Source: Camelus dromedarius (lineage: Eukaryota). From it: a stretch of DNA of 60,000 nucleotides. Positions 14,101 through 28,318 of the stretch are shown piece by piece. Position 1 is the first letter of the stretch. Every line of letters begins with the position of its first letter. A model generated the notes under the pieces. The model was not told where the DNA came from, searched no databases, and saw only the letters and a program-made list of their open reading frames with translations. The DNA lies in assembly GCF_036321535.1 (NCBI RefSeq), contig NC_087437.1, forward strand, positions 106,208,001-106,268,000, given 5' to 3'. A program made the position numbers and the translations under genes.

Positions 14101-16002
14101 CCAACATTTTGTTTTCATAAAAAGAGTTACTGGGCACAAGTTAGAAAAATAAAACTGAATTCTAAGACTTAAAAAGGCTGAAACAGTAGAAATCTTACAC
14201 ATTTTTTTTTAAGATCTGGAAATTTATGTTTAAATAAGTTCAACATAAATGACCACACTTTAAAAAATGTTTTTACTTAGTTAAAGGCAAACTTTGAAGT
14301 AAATAGAATTAGAGGAAGCAAGGTAGGTAGGAGAAGATGCTAAAAATCACAGAAAGAAATATTTAGCTACCAAGACATGCTATCTACGTCTTGATTTAAT
14401 ACAACTAACCCCTGTTACAACTTTTTTGCCTTCTTAATTTTCCTAATTCAACCAATCCTCTCTTTCTTTGTGTCTGGGACATGTTTTTTGTTTTTTGTTT
14501 TTTTCCTTTTCAAATATATGCATGTAACAGTTATGAGGGAATTAATAAAATGCCTGAAGTTAACAGCTGTAATTTTTCCATAGAACTTTAAAAGCGATTT
14601 TTGAAAATTTAAGAAATCTCTCAAGGGCAGTTTTAGCAAGTAGAAGACTGGAACTGACAAAGGCGGAAAATGGCTCAACCCAGTCGTGAATCTTCCAGCC
14701 TCAGACTGGACCAACATTTGCCTCAAATGAAAGAAGGCCCAAGTCTCCTAAAGAAAATAAACATTCTCCGCAGGCCGTGCGGTGCTGGGAAGGTTCAAAG
14801 CTATGAAGTGAAGGGAACAAAGATGAGCTTTTCCTATTTTGCCAAGGCTGTCTCCCCTACTGGTTTCTAAGGGATTTGAATCTTCACTGTTTTGTCTAAA
14901 AAGTGTACTACAATAGTTCAAAAATCACAAGAAATGCCTGTCATAATTGGAAAGTCTCTGAAGGCACTAATTTACACATCATTAAAGGAGAAGAGAGACT
15001 TTTTCAAAGTGTACTTCAAAAGTGTCGCAGAAAAATCATTTAGTATCGGAATCATTGGCAAAAACATTCAGCAACTGTGTCATTTAAATGTTGGTATAAT
15101 TCAACAAGGACTCATGAGGCCCAGACTTTCCTCCAGCTCATTTAAGAGGATTCTGGCTTGGCTAACTTAGTCTCTTCCCTTCCTCTGCTCTCTAAAAATC
15201 CAAACCCTCCCTCTGGACTCTATGAAATAAAATTGTGGAAGGAGAGGAGAAGCTGGAAAAGAAAGGCATGAGGTGGTCAGGGAGGGGTTCAGAGGGCCAT
15301 GGGTCATATGCTAGAATATGACAGAAGGATATGGAAAAGGGAGAATATAGTATGTTAAAAGACGTCTTTAAAAGATTTCATGGGTTTTGAAATACACAAG
15401 CCAAAGAGCTATTGTGAAATTACTCTTTGGTGGCCCTGGTACTTCTCAAAGGCTGAGCCACATGGGTTTCTGCTTTATTCGAATATATTGAAAGTGTCAA
15501 TAAAAAATACCAGTTCAGCTCTACATTCTTCACATAGATACAAGATTTGCCAGTTTCCTTTATGCAGATGTTTGCACTTGAGAGATACGTGGAACCCTAA
15601 TAGTTTAACAAGGTTGAATGTTGGAGCTAGACATTTGAGGTTTGTAGATTTTTCAGATTTTTAATTTCACAATTAGATTTGCTATCCAGGCTTCCAAGGG
15701 AGAGAGAAGAGAGGGAAAAATTATCAAGAATAGCATGTTTTCTTCAGGAGAGATGTAATCTAGCACAGTGGGAAACTAATTTACATGTCACTGTCCACAT
15801 AGATGAGTGATTCAAAGATGCCATGTCATATGAAAGATTTTTCTCTCCTTCCCAGAAGTGCAATAAATTATTTGATAATAAAGAGATTCTGATCTCATAG
15901 GAACTTTCAAAATCCTTCAGCTCATGGTTCCTTGCCCTCCTTAAGTCTATTTGTTTATTTCTATTCCTAGGTCTTCCAACCAACCTAGCTGTAAGTCTAG
16001 AG

Positions 16003-16235
16003 CAGTGGTTCTCAACCAGGTATGAGCTCCCCATCCCATTCTCAGGGGACATTTGGCAAAATCTAGGAACAGTTTTGGTTGTCATGACTTGAGGTAGGTG
16101 GGTAAGGATGCTACTGGCATCTAGTGAGTGGAAGCCAGCAATACTGGAAAGCATCCTGCAATGCACAGGACAGCCTCGCACAACAAAGAATGATCCAGTC
16201 CCAAATTTCAGTAGTGTCAACACTGACAAACCCTT
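16003..16235 (+). mobile_element. MER20 (hAT-Charlie) DNA transposon, near full length
   Basis: cagtggttctcaacc...ggggacatttggcaa...ctactggcatctagtg...aaaccct; perfect 8-bp TSD gtctagag on both sides. Confidence 0.9.
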
Positions 16236-16446
16236 GTCTAGAGCCTTCCCTCTGAGATTTGCTTCATGTCCTACCCTTCCAGTCACAGTCTGTTAGCTTC
16301 CACCTTCCTGTTATGCTTCTGAGCCAGTCCTTTGCCTTCACTGGACCAAGGCTTTCCACCTGGCCTCTTTGTCCATCTGCAGTCCTTCCTCATAGTTCAG
16401 CTTGGGGGGATCGTGATTTGGGGCCCAGTATAGTATAATAATAAAC

Positions 16447-16680
16447 AATGTGGGCTTTGGGTATAATTTGGATAAGTTCAAGTCCCAACTCCACCACTTA
16501 CTACTTATATAACCTTGGCTAAGTTTCTTACCCTCTCTGTGCCTCAGTTTCCTCACCTGAAAAAATGTGGATTAAAAATGGTACCCTACCACAGAGAGCT
16601 GTTGTGACAGTTAAATGTGTTAGTATTTGTAAACCTTTGGGAACGTTGCCTAACACCCAAGTGCTTAATAAATGTTAGCT
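16447..16680 (+). mobile_element. MIR SINE
   Basis: MIR core ccacttacta...accttggctaagtttctta...ctctgtgcctcagtttcctcacctg. Confidence 0.85.
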
Positions 16681-19016
16681 GCTTGCTTTCTTTCTCGAAA
16701 GCCCACTAAGTTCCACGTCCTCCAACTCACTTCCTCCTCTCTACCCCGAGTCCAGGAAGAAAGTATATTTCACTCATGATGGTTTCTCTCAAATGTTTGC
16801 CGAAGCTGTGAGTCATTTCCATTTTCCTCATGGCCAGGGTTTCTAAATGTGGAAAGGCAGGAAGTACTCTGCTCTTCTCTCTCTGGTTTTGGCTACCCAC
16901 ATCCCCTCCCTGAGGCAAAGAACACTTGGCAACATGAAGGTGGGCAGGGCAAAGAAGAGAAAGGGCAAATATTTCAAAACCTTGTCCTGGATGACATACA
17001 ATTCTCAGTCTGTAGGTGGAAACTGATGAGTAAATGGATGAGAGAATAGGTACCTCATGGCCGATGCCTGATTCCCTAGCATGGGTGACCACGTGGATTG
17101 TGGTGCCTTTCACAGTATTGGGAATTGCAGAAAGAAAACAAAGTTTGGGGACGAGCAAAGTTCGGTGTTGCCCATGAGTTTTTTGGTGCTTATAGGAAAT
17201 GGAGATACAGAAACCCAAGAGAAAGAGGAGTTTATGGATCCAATCTCAGGAGAAAGATTAGAACTAGAAGTACAGATTTAGGGCTTTTCAGCAAATAAAT
17301 AGTAGTTGAATCGATAAGAATATAAAAGATTATATAAAAAGGAGTTAGCTGAGTCAGGAAAGCACTTTCTGGATGAATGGATGAAAGGGTAAACAGATGG
17401 ATGCATGGATGAGCAGAACAAGGAGGAAGATAACACAGAGGCAGAATGAGGACCAGGAAAGAATTATGTCACAGAACCCAAGGGAGTCAACAGAGTCAGA
17501 TGTTACAGAGATCAAGTAAGATAAAAACTAAAAGTGTCCGTTGAATATGGCAATAGAGACGTCATTTTTGCCTTGGTGAAAACAGGGTCATTAAATTATA
17601 TGAAGACAGAAGACAGAGGTAGCGTGAGCAGAGAACTAGTGTTTCTAGTAAACTGCAGAAATATATCTTCAAGAAATAACCTTCTTTACAGTTTTATGAT
17701 GAGTTTAATTTGGTCTTAGGTTATTTTATATATGATTTTTTTGGGTGGACAGTGGTTGGATTATTCTTTTCCTAAATTGTTTCCTCAAATGATCAGCAAG
17801 AATGCTTTACATTAAAATAATTAACACCAATCCAGTATGGTTTACCTGTGACACCTTCCCCAAAGAGTTGCTTGCCTTCTGGAACTCTTCATTAGCAGCA
17901 TTTTGCTCTGAGCCCCACTTCCTGGATTCTTCTCATTAGTAGACAGTAAGGAGTGGTCTCAGTCATTGGCTCAACAAATGTGTATTGTGCCTTGCTTTAG
18001 GCCAGGCACTGTTCTAGGTGTTTGGACTCCATCAGAGAATACAATTCAAAACCTTGCCTTTATAGCATTTATATTTCAGAGGTGCACACTAATAGGAAGT
18101 GACTTAAATTATTTTTAAACATCGTCATTCACTGGACCATCGAATGACATCCGTGAAGTGAAATAACACAAAATGATACACATCAAAGATGGAATGAGAA
18201 AGTTTTAATTCCTGCTACTTTATCGTTTAAGTCTTAATCCTGCCTATCACACCAAGCCGTTTTGATATTGAATTTTATCAAATTTTTTTTGAAAGTACAT
18301 GAAAGCACTTTTTAAAATGAAAACTTCTGTATAAGTCTAGGAGAGTGATGATAATATTGTCACCATCATCATCATATTAGACCCCATCACCCACCATAGT
18401 CTGTTAGTCATTTCAATCCTATAGACCAACCCTGGAAAAACATTGAAATGTTTTTGGGGGGGGGAACCTAAAGATGTTCTGTTTGCATTTTTCATCATAA
18501 TGTTATGTACAAAGTTTATAAACATTATATATTATGTATACATTTCATAGTCAAACATATGTTAAATGACTCATTTCTATGTGATACAGAGATAGGGATA
18601 AGTTTGCTAAGCAGCTTATATTAATACATAAGGCACTAAAATAATGAGCTTTTATTTGCAGGGAGCTATATTGATGACACTAATAAATCACATATTAGGC
18701 TGAATGATGGATATAACCTCTTGTTCCTGCTTGTGACAATGCAGTGTCTGTAGGGGCAGGGAGGGGGTGAAAGAGATTCATGAGTTCTGCTTTGGGAAAT
18801 GCTTGAAGGGCAAAACTACAATATAGAAGATGGAAAAAAAAAACCATAGTTTGTCCTGGCTCGTCCTATTTAGATACTTTAAAACTTATGGGGTATGAGT
18901 TGTGTGAAACTGTTACCCAGCTTCAGGCCTGTTTTCTCTAATCTTGCATCCCATTCAAACATTCGAAAATGCCCTTTTGCACTGTTTTAATTATCCTATC
19001 TGTTTGAATCTTTCAG

Positions 19017-19082
19017 ATCATAAGGCCTGTGGATTCTCTGCCCCAAAAGATCATCAAGTAGTCACAGCGGTAGAGTACCAAG
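19017..19082 (+). CDS. JAM2: Junctional adhesion molecule 2 (JAM-B), exon 2 (end of signal peptide, start of V-type Ig domain)
   Basis: tttcag|...|gtagag boundaries; 66 bp; translates (Y)HKACGFSAPKDHQVVTAVEYQ(E), matching the JAM2 N-terminus. Confidence 0.95.
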
Positions 19083-19519
19083 GTAGAGTACCTTACTGAT
19101 CTTCATGGGCTGTGTTGTTTAAAGACCTCACCAGGGTGGCATGTGTGTCTGTTTGTGAGAAACCTCCACCTCCCTTCACACTGACTCCTCTGCCTCAAAG
19201 GCTGCTCCCTGCTGCGGTTTCCACCTGAGAACTCTCTCTCCACCTCCTCAGTGGAAATTCTGGACATTCCACGAAAGACCTGCTGTACAAAGAAGGTCTC
19301 TTATTACATAAAGTACCTGCAACAAAGCCAGTCTAATTTGTAAAACTGGGAGGCGAAGATCTCGCAGTTTCCAGCCAGCTAGATTTGGCAAAGGGAAATT
19401 AGCATTGCAAACCCTTTGTATTTAAGATACAAAACTCTATGTATTTAAGGTAACATTGATATATCCTATTTGGAGGTAACATTTTGTTATTTATTTTAGC
19501 TGCTTAAAATATTTATAAG

Positions 19520-19687
19520 GGATGAGTTGGTATTTAATGGGTATAAAGTATCAATTTTGCAAGATGCAGAAGTTCTGGAGTTTGATCGCACAATAATGTG
19601 AATATATTTAATGCTACTGAACTGTATAGTTAAAATCATTAAGATGGTAAATTTTAAGTGATGTGTATTTTATTACAATTTAAAAAA
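19520..19687 (+). mobile_element. Old L1 (L1MA/MB-type) 3' terminus
   Basis: tttaatgggtat...ttttgcaagatg...gttctggag...actgaactgta...aagatggtaaatttt...acaatttaaaaa. Confidence 0.7.
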
Positions 19688-22600
19688 TCTTGTAAAGCTC
19701 TAATAACCAAAAAGAATTATAAGCTTTTATAAATTTTACTTCAAATATTGACAGACTACTACTTTTCTGAAGGATCTTTTACCTAGAACACGTTAATAAT
19801 AGTGGACAACCAGAATTACTGTTTGTTAAATATGATGCTTCTTTAGATCGTAAGCATTTAAGAAACAAGTTTCAAATGTCCAATCCCTCTTCTTCAGGCA
19901 TGCCTTAGGTTCTGGAGTTGGAGAGAGAGAGGTTTGGAGTAAAGAGACAAAGATTAAAAAAGAGGGCTGGGGTGAGGAGGAATTAAATGAACTGCTATTT
20001 AACCAGTGCTTTCAGTAGTGCCTGGCATCTAGTAAGTTGTTCTCTGTGCTTGTTAAGTAAAAATATGCTGTAATAAGAACCAGCCTGTCATTCACTTTAA
20101 ATAAGTATTTAGGTTAATCAGTTTCTTTTAAGTCCTAATATTTTACATGTTTAAGCTAAGAAAACATTTACTCTTCATCAGGAATTAGTCTGAAATGGGG
20201 AGAGGTGGGGAAAAGGCATTAATGATTGGAAGTAATTTGGGAGAATGGAGTGCTTATAGGGAAGACAAACAGGGCTGGGTGAGGTGCCCAAAAGGAGACT
20301 GGAAAAGCCAATGACTGAGCACAGTGCGAGGAAAAGGTAGGTCAGGATGTCCACGTGGGACAAAGGAAACGAAGTTAATTTCTCCTACTTTTATTTTCCG
20401 GGAGGTTCTTATTGTTGGGTCCAGCTGGATACTGTGCATATTCGTCCCTGGATCCCCAGGCCCTATGCCAAGATACCTGAATTAGGATGCCAAAAGTATA
20501 CTCTTGAGTCTTAACATTACTTTAAAAAAAATGTATCAAGGAGAAATTCACATAACAAAATCCATCATGTTAAAGTGAACAATTCAGTGGCATTTATTAC
20601 AATCGCAGTGTTGTGTGAGCACCACCTCTATCTCATTCCAAAATGTTTCCATTACTTTAAATGAAAATCCTGTACCTTTTATATCACTTTAAAATGTGTG
20701 TTTTATTTTTAATATAGAAAATCCTTCTATATTTATTGCCATCAAACATTGGTCTTTTTTACTCCCAAATAAGTGTTTTCTATTTTTTTGGTTTCACCTC
20801 TGCTCCTTTTAATTAAAAATTACATTTTGATTCTATTTTATATGTGCTCCAATCATTCCAACGTGGCTTCCCAGAAAGCAAAATTAATTTCTATCTTCTT
20901 CCACATTTCAGGTCTAGGATATTTTACACAGTAACTTAATTTTACTTAAAGTCTGAAATATTTTATGATTTATGTATCTGCAGATGTGTGTTCCCCCCAA
21001 TTCATTCAATTTTTTTGTCTCTTGTCTCTCTGATGCCAGTAAATCATAAATTAATTAATTCCTTCTTTTCAGTATGGCTTTTCTCTATCACTTCCCACAG
21101 TGATGCCAAAAGCAAATCGAGTAAAATGAGGTCTGCTCTGCTAGGCTTATAAATAACATGAGTCGCCTTACGCAGAGGGTGTTCAATCCTGAGAGCGATA
21201 AATCAGAATTTAACAGCGTGCTTTTCTTCACAGAGGTAATTTATGCTAATTCTTCAGAGCTACTTTGGTAGTCTCCATTGTCTTCTTGCATTATGTAAGA
21301 TTTTTGATGATTTTTAACCTGAGCACAGAGAATAAAATCAAATGAAAAAAAAGAACATTTGAAAAAAATCAAATGATAGTCAGCAATACAGAATCTTAGA
21401 AAAATTAAAATCCCTAATGATTCTATGTGACTCCTCAAAGTGATTCTTTTGCTGCATGTTGAGAAAATGCGTTTTCTAAACAAAGAATTCTCTCTTCTCA
21501 ATCCAGACTGAAACAGATATTTTTGGCAATGTAATGATCATCTTAAGAGAAAAACTTAGCGCATTTTTTTTTGTGTTAATATGCCTGCTTGGAGAAAGTA
21601 TGACTTATGTCTGTATTATTTTCTTTGTCTCAAACACAGGCAACATTTTAGTTCAGATTTGAGTAATTTGGGGGGGAAATTTGTGATGGTATTAAGTATG
21701 GATTTCTATCATGTCAAGACAAGCTTACAACTCTAAGTAAGAGAAGTGCCTCATGGGTGAGGGTGATACTGACCATTTACAGAGCATGTACTTTCTACAA
21801 AGTACCATGTGCACAATCTTTATACAACTTTGTGGGATGTGTACTGTTGTTCTAATTTTACAGCTGTGAACATAATCATGTCTTTTTTAAAAAACTTAAA
21901 CAATTTGCTCAATATTACTCATCTAGTTTATGACAGAGGTCTAACTCCAAAACCCATGCCTTAAACTCTATTATGAATATGGTATAGTAACCCTGGGGGC
22001 TAGATACAGAAATTCTGCTGGCCAGAATGTTGAATTTTGGCTGAAATAGAAAGGAGAGTCCATGGTAGCTGGCTCTAAGTTCACTTAGTTCTTTTTCTGA
22101 GATGTTGACCCTATGATTCCAGGAGATTTACTATTTCTCACAGTTTTGAAGGTCAAGGTAGTCCCCTGCTTGGAACACTCCCAAAGAACCACATGGAAAA
22201 TTCTAAATTCAAATTCCTTCTTTTAAAGTCATTGGTCAAATGTCACCTTATAAATGAGCTGCACTTTGACTATTCTGTTTTTTTAAATCGCACCCCCGTC
22301 CCCCAGCATTCCCGAACTTCCTGTACTCTGACCTACTCTACGGTATTTCCATAGCCCTCATGACCTTTTAACATACTGTACAATTCACTTTATGTTGTTT
22401 CTTCTGTGTCTGACCCCCTGCAAATTGTAAGGTCCCAAAGGGCAGGGAACTTTGGTTTGCTCCCTGTTCTAGCTGGAGGACAGTGTCAGACACACAGCAA
22501 GTACCCAATATATTTTGGACAAACTGAGTAGACCATTTCTCCACATTTTATATGGTCAATGAGACTGAGGCTGGAGGGGAGTGACTGCACTCAAGAAAAC

Positions 22601-23772
22601 CATTGGTTACATTTTGTAATATAATTTCTGCAGAGGTTTTCCACAGAGCAATGAGGATAGGAATCAGGAAGAATTCACAAAAAGGAGTGTGTGTGTCTAG
22701 GTAAATATATGAAACAATGTGATTATTTGATAAATTTATTCCTAAGACCTAGGAGTATGGGCTAAATAATGAGTGTGGGTGTGTGTTTAATTGTTGGAAA
22801 CTCAACAAAATACGGGAAGGAAACCTATCTAAAACTCAAGACTCCGGAAAACCACCGCCCATTCTCCTTAATCAACAGAACAGAACTCTGTTTCCTCAGA
22901 CAAGTCCCTCAGCACGCATTTGTCCGTGCGGCATAATTGTAAACATGACTGTAAAATGATGTCTGTTTGTAATGTAAAGCCTGCTTTCAAACTTTAGGCC
23001 TCCTTGAAAGCAACTTTTGGATTTTTTTCCCTTGCCTTTCTTTTCTCTGTCTTACTTTCTGCATTCCATTACTTATTATTCGATTTCTATATTTCTAGCA
23101 ATATGTGTGGAACTAAAAATAAAATTCGAAACTACATGTAACAGAAAAGATCGTAATTCTGCCCACAGAAATTACCTCTGGGTTGATCTTTTCATACATA
23201 TTCCTACAGGCTTTTGGTCTATTTTTAATAAAACCTGGGATAAATATTTACAAGTATTCCTCTTCACTCAACTATATCATGTAATATCCTGAGTTATTTT
23301 TTTAAATGGCATTAAATCTGCTTAACATCAAAATCAGAGATATGGAAAGAATTTTTACATAATTTCTCTTCTCGTAAAAGATACTGGGTTTTTTAGGTCA
23401 AACTGTACGCATTTTAGAGGGAAAAAAAAGTCTTAGAAATAGGAAGGTGACACTCTAGAGAGCCTGGCTGAAAGGTATTTTTAACAGATTTAGGACTAGA
23501 GGCTTCTATGTGGCACCTTGAAGCAGCTGGCAGACAGGTCCCGGGCTCCTCCTCCCTCAGTCATCTTGTTTGGACAGTTAAGAGAAGGGGTTCGTTCCTT
23601 GGGTGGTTCCAGGAATTCTTCAACAATGCAACTGCAGTAAATTTCCTGTGGTAAAGGGACCTTGGGGAGCTATACTGAGGCAGTTAAACTTGATGCCAAG
23701 ATTAGACCTTTTAATAACTTTTCTGGACTGAGGAGAGGAGTAGGAGTCAGTCATTTATTAGAAGACCATACT

Positions 23773-23861
23773 GGGGGAGCATGCAGCTTAGTGGTAGAGT
23801 GTGTGCTGAGGAAGCACAAGGTCCTGGGTTCAATCCCCAGTACCTCCATTTTAAAAAAAAA
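23773..23861 (+). mobile_element. tRNA-Ala-derived SINE (camelid-type)
   Basis: A box gcttagtggtagag, B box ggttcaatccc, poly(A), TSD aagaccatact/aagaccatatt. Confidence 0.9.
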
Positions 23862-24492
23862 AAGACCATATTGGGTTTGTATTAATGTATTTGCAGAGTT
23901 ATTATCAAAGAAGGGATCTGATGGAGAATGTAGCGTGTTGAAGGGACGTTTGGGGTGGGTTCCACAGTGTGGCCTGGGCTAGACTAAATGCCTTTCCTCG
24001 GCACTAGGTGTGAAGCCCCCTCTGCTCACCTCCGTCCTGGCCCTCATCACATTGGACTGAAATGACATTATCTTATTTATCTCTTCTACCAAACTATAAA
24101 CTTGAAGACTGAGACTGGGAAGAAAAAGATAAATAATTAATCATAGCTGCCATTTGTCAAGGACCTACCGTGGGTAGGCTTGGCATATATTATTGTATAT
24201 GAAGACTCACACCAACTCTGTGACATACTTTCTTATTTTACAGATGGTCACTGAGGCTCAAGAGCTAGGGAAAGTAGTGGTGTCACAGATAATTATGTGC
24301 AAGAGTCATAACGCTTTCAGTTCATCTTTGAATTAAGCCAGCCTGGTAACTGGTGAGGTAACTTGTGAATGAATGAATGAACGAATTGAAATATCAAAGG
24401 ATAATTTAAGGATGTTAAAAAGTTTATTAAATAAGTAAAATGTAACTTCACAGGGACAATTAGAAAACAAGTATTTTTGTTGTTGTCCCTAG

Positions 24493-24600
24493 AGGCTATT
24501 TTAGCCTGTAAATACCCAAAGAAGACCGTCTCCTCCAGACTAGAGTGGAAGAAACTGGGGCGGAGTGTCTCCTTTGTTTATTATCAACAGGCTCTTCAAG
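24493..24600 (+). CDS. JAM2: JAM2 exon 3 (Ig V domain with RLE dimerisation motif)
   Basis: cctag|...|gtaaga; 108 bp; EAILACKYPKKTVSSRLEWKKLGRSVSFVYYQQALQ(G). Confidence 0.97.
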
Positions 24601-26000
24601 GTAAGAAGCTGGGGACCTGACGAGGTGAGAATAAGAGAAGGCCGAGTACCCCAGATCCTTTCTTTAACCAGCGAGAGCAGGATGTGGCTGCTGACTGAAA
24701 ACGTGTCTCTGTAAGTGTGAGATGAAAATAACAGGGACTGAGACCCAAATCACAGCAACCACCACAACAGAGGACAGGGAACAGAAGCGGGTGGACTCCA
24801 TGGTGGCCCTGGACCCCTCATTTCTCAGCTCATTCCTAGAGTATATAAGGTGTAATTGTTCTCGCTGGCCCAGTAGGTTAAACTCTTGAGAGCAAAGAAG
24901 AAAAGATGGTGTCGGGTTGGGATGGAAGGTCACTGCTTAGCTGTGATAATTTACCCTGTTTCCGTATCACCACCGAGAAAGCCATCACTGAGAAGCCTAG
25001 GGAGGTAGGACTTAGTGGAGGGTAAATACAATTAACTTTATCCGGCACTTTCTTTTTAAAATTGTTTATTTGTTAGACATTTCTTTACACTCCTACTCTT
25101 CTTGTTGGATATATGAGCTTTTAATTTTAAGTGTTGATAATGATGAATGAAATACAATGATGTCTGGGATTGGCTTAAAATAATCCAGCGGTTAAAGGCA
25201 CCAATAAAATAAGATAGGCCATGCATTGATGACTGTTATAGCTGGGTGATGGGAACACTGAGGTTTATTTTACTATACTCCCTAATTTTGTGTATACTTG
25301 AAATTCTCCATTATAAATATTTCAAAAGTTGGTGCTATAACTCAATAACTGTTATGAATGTGTTATTATTTTAAAATACCATGTGTTACTTTCATTTTAG
25401 AGAATTAAACAAGTGAACAAATGTTTAAAGTTCATAGAAAATTTAAAATATCCCTCTGGTTCTTATCTGTCAAGATAGACCACAGACAGCAGGGAGATAA
25501 TAGAACAGCTGTCTTTTCTTGAATTTTCTATAATTGTCAGTCTGGCACCTGAACGTCATACAAAACACGATTTGAATTCCACATACACGGCTATCAAAAA
25601 CCAACCAAAAGAAGGTGATAAAAGAACCCTCTCACCTCTTCTGTGGCAGCATGGTGTGAGCCACCACACGTAAAGTTACCATCCCAGCTAACTGAACTAG
25701 GCTCTGCAGCATCTTTTGAAGATATGAGTATTTTTATAAGCATCCTAGAAAGGGGAGGGGGGAGGACTGAGGACTGAATTCCTTAAAGTAAAATATGGGA
25801 ATATGGAACTGAACGTTCTTTTGTGAACAGTATGACGTTATAAGAAAAAGAAATTTGAAATAGCACTCATATATAATTTTTAAGTTTTTCAGTTGAGCTA
25901 ATAGGAAAATAAATGTGTTGGTTACTGAGAGATGAAAGGAAGGTAGCGGACAGAATGTTATTGCATCGTTATTAATGTCATTGTCTTCTTTTTCTAAAAG

Positions 26001-26153
26001 GTGATTTTAAAGATCGAGCTGAGATGATTGATTTTAGCATCCGGATCAAAAATGTTACAAGAAAGGATGCCGGGAAATACCGTTGTGAAGTCAGTGCCCC
26101 ATCTGAACAAGGTCAAAACCTGGAAGAGGATACAGTCACTCTAGAAGTATTAG
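26001..26153 (+). CDS. JAM2: JAM2 exon 4 (rest of Ig V domain)
   Basis: ctaaaag|...|gtgatg; 153 bp; DFKDRAEMIDFSIRIKNVTRKDAGKYRCEVSAPSEQGQNLEEDTVTLEVL. Confidence 0.97.
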
Positions 26154-27014
26154 GTGATGTGCTTGTATCTGTGTGATTACTGTTCCCCACCCTCGTCCCC
26201 CTCACCCAGCCCTGGGGCAGGGACACAGTTGGGGCCAGGAAGGTAAAGTTATAAAAGCGGACCACCAGCACCACCTTTCCTGAAAAAAATCTTGGCTATT
26301 TTTCCTCTTCACCTCATTGGCTGCTGAAATGTTACTGTTATTAATTAATTAGGACAAAATCTCTTTTCACTTACAATTGAAATAAATCTTAGTGGTCCTA
26401 CACTGTATGTAGAAGCATTTTCCCCAAGGGTTTATCTTTCGGTCGCTTTCAGCATGTCGTAATTCTTTTGCCATATAAAATGTCTCAAGTGAGATGATAG
26501 AAAAGCAATAAAACCAAAAAGTAGACCAGAGAAGGACAGAAGTCTTTTTGGTAAAGAAAGGAAACTAGCATTTACTGTGCAGCTGGTATGTGTTGGGCTC
26601 TTTCGTGTATGTGATTTTACTTAATCTTCATTGACAACCTGATTTTTACAGATGAGGAAATAGATGCTAAGTGGTTCTCCCAAGGCTGCACAGCTAGTTA
26701 AGTGTCTGGACCAGGCTTTGGATCCTGATGGGGTTAACTCCAAAGCTAATACATTTAGTTACTCTAAAAATCACTGATACAGAAAAACAAAAGAAAGGGG
26801 AAAAGAAAAAAGAAAAAAAGAACTTCCCAGTGTGACAATTGGTGGAGGAACATGATCTGTTCTGCTCCACAGGTGTTGGTATTAACTGCCAAGCAAAGAG
26901 AATAAATAACTCCTTTTCCTTTTTGTACATAGTCCAGGCTCGTTCTCAAATACTAGCACTACACTAGTAGAGAAGAAATTTAAATCAGTAAAACTTGCAG
27001 AAGATTCAGCTGGC

Positions 27015-27596
27015 GTCTTCTGTTGCTCCAGAACAAATGATCAGAAACTTGGAGCTTAGAACATGGCTGGGTTCTCTGCCCAGGGTATCTCGGGGCACAG
27101 AGATCAAGGAGTCAGCTGGGCTGCATTCTTGGCTGAAGGCTCTGAGGGGACAATCTGCTGCCAATGTCAAGCGCATTCTTGTTGTTGACAGATTTCAGTT
27201 CCTTGGTTGCAGAACCAAGGTCCCCATTCCAGGCTGGCTATCAGCTGGGGGCCACACTCAGTTCCTAGAGCCACTACATTCCTTGCCACGTGGTCCTCCC
27301 CATCTACAGTCTAACAAAAGCATGTTGCATCCGTCTTGTGTTTTGAATCTCTGCATTTCCCTTCTGTTACCAACCAGAGAAAACTCCTTTGAAAGAGGTC
27401 ATGGGATTAGATCAGACCCATGTAAGTAATCTTTGTATCTTAAAGACAATAGATTTGGGACTTTAATTACAACTCTAAAATCCCTTCAGAGTACAATCTT
27501 TAGATTAGTGTTTGACTAAATAACTGAGAGAAACTGTATAAACACCAGGGCTGGGGAACTTGGGGGCCCAACTGTGTTAGAATTCTGCCTACCACA
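27015..27596. mobile_element. MaLR LTR (MLT1D/E-like)
   Basis: atcaaggagtcagctgggctgcatt...ttcagttcctt...ttagaattctgcctaccaca. Confidence 0.7.
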
Positions 27597-28318
27597 GACA
27601 TGTCTGGGGCGTCCTGGATTTAAGTAAAGTCTGGTTTACAAATCCCTGGGACAGGAATAACCCTAACACAGCTATTCTCTGTGCTGGCCTGAACAGGATT
27701 TTAGTTTTGAGTACTGGTCCTGAAAATATCCTCAAGATTGACTTATTTAAATATAGTTGGTAATAATACATTAAAACCATTGGGGAGGGGAGAAGTAGAG
27801 ATTGTTTATCTAACAAAGAATAGCTGTTGTAGTAGCTAATATAATGTTTGCTAATTATAACACGTCAGCCCTGAGTGGCTTACATAATAGAAGTTTCTTT
27901 CTCATGTAAGCAAAGTCTGAGTAGTTGGGCCAGAGATAGGTAGTGGTGGAATTACATTGATCTACTTCACGAAATCATTAGAGACCCAAGCTAATGTAAA
28001 TCTGGCGTCTTTACTACATAGCTTTCTGGGGTCACCACACCTCCTTGGTAGTGGAGTGGTGAGGAGAATGAGTGATGGAGAATTATACTCAGGCCGGGGA
28101 ATAGCATGTATCTCTTTTCCCCACGTTCCATTGGCCAGAAGTCATGCGGGTGACCCCATCTGGCTGCAGAGGGGCTAGCAAATGTGCTCTAGCTGTGTGC
28201 CTATGAAGAAAGGAGACAGGCCTCTATCACAGACGTCCAATAAGTCCACCTTCACTTGGCTGTTAAAACCCGTGTTTAGATTGTCAATAACCAGTACCAT
28301 CTGCCGTCCATCCTTCAG

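Noticed and set aside
15744..17218. 180-aa and 163-aa minus-strand ORFs
   Set aside because: They run through MER20 and L2-like repeat sequence, with no splice or protein-family signal
23773..23848. Possible tRNA-Ala genes (also 48716-48792)
   Set aside because: Poly(A) tails, a TSD at the 23773 copy and degraded stems indicate SINEs
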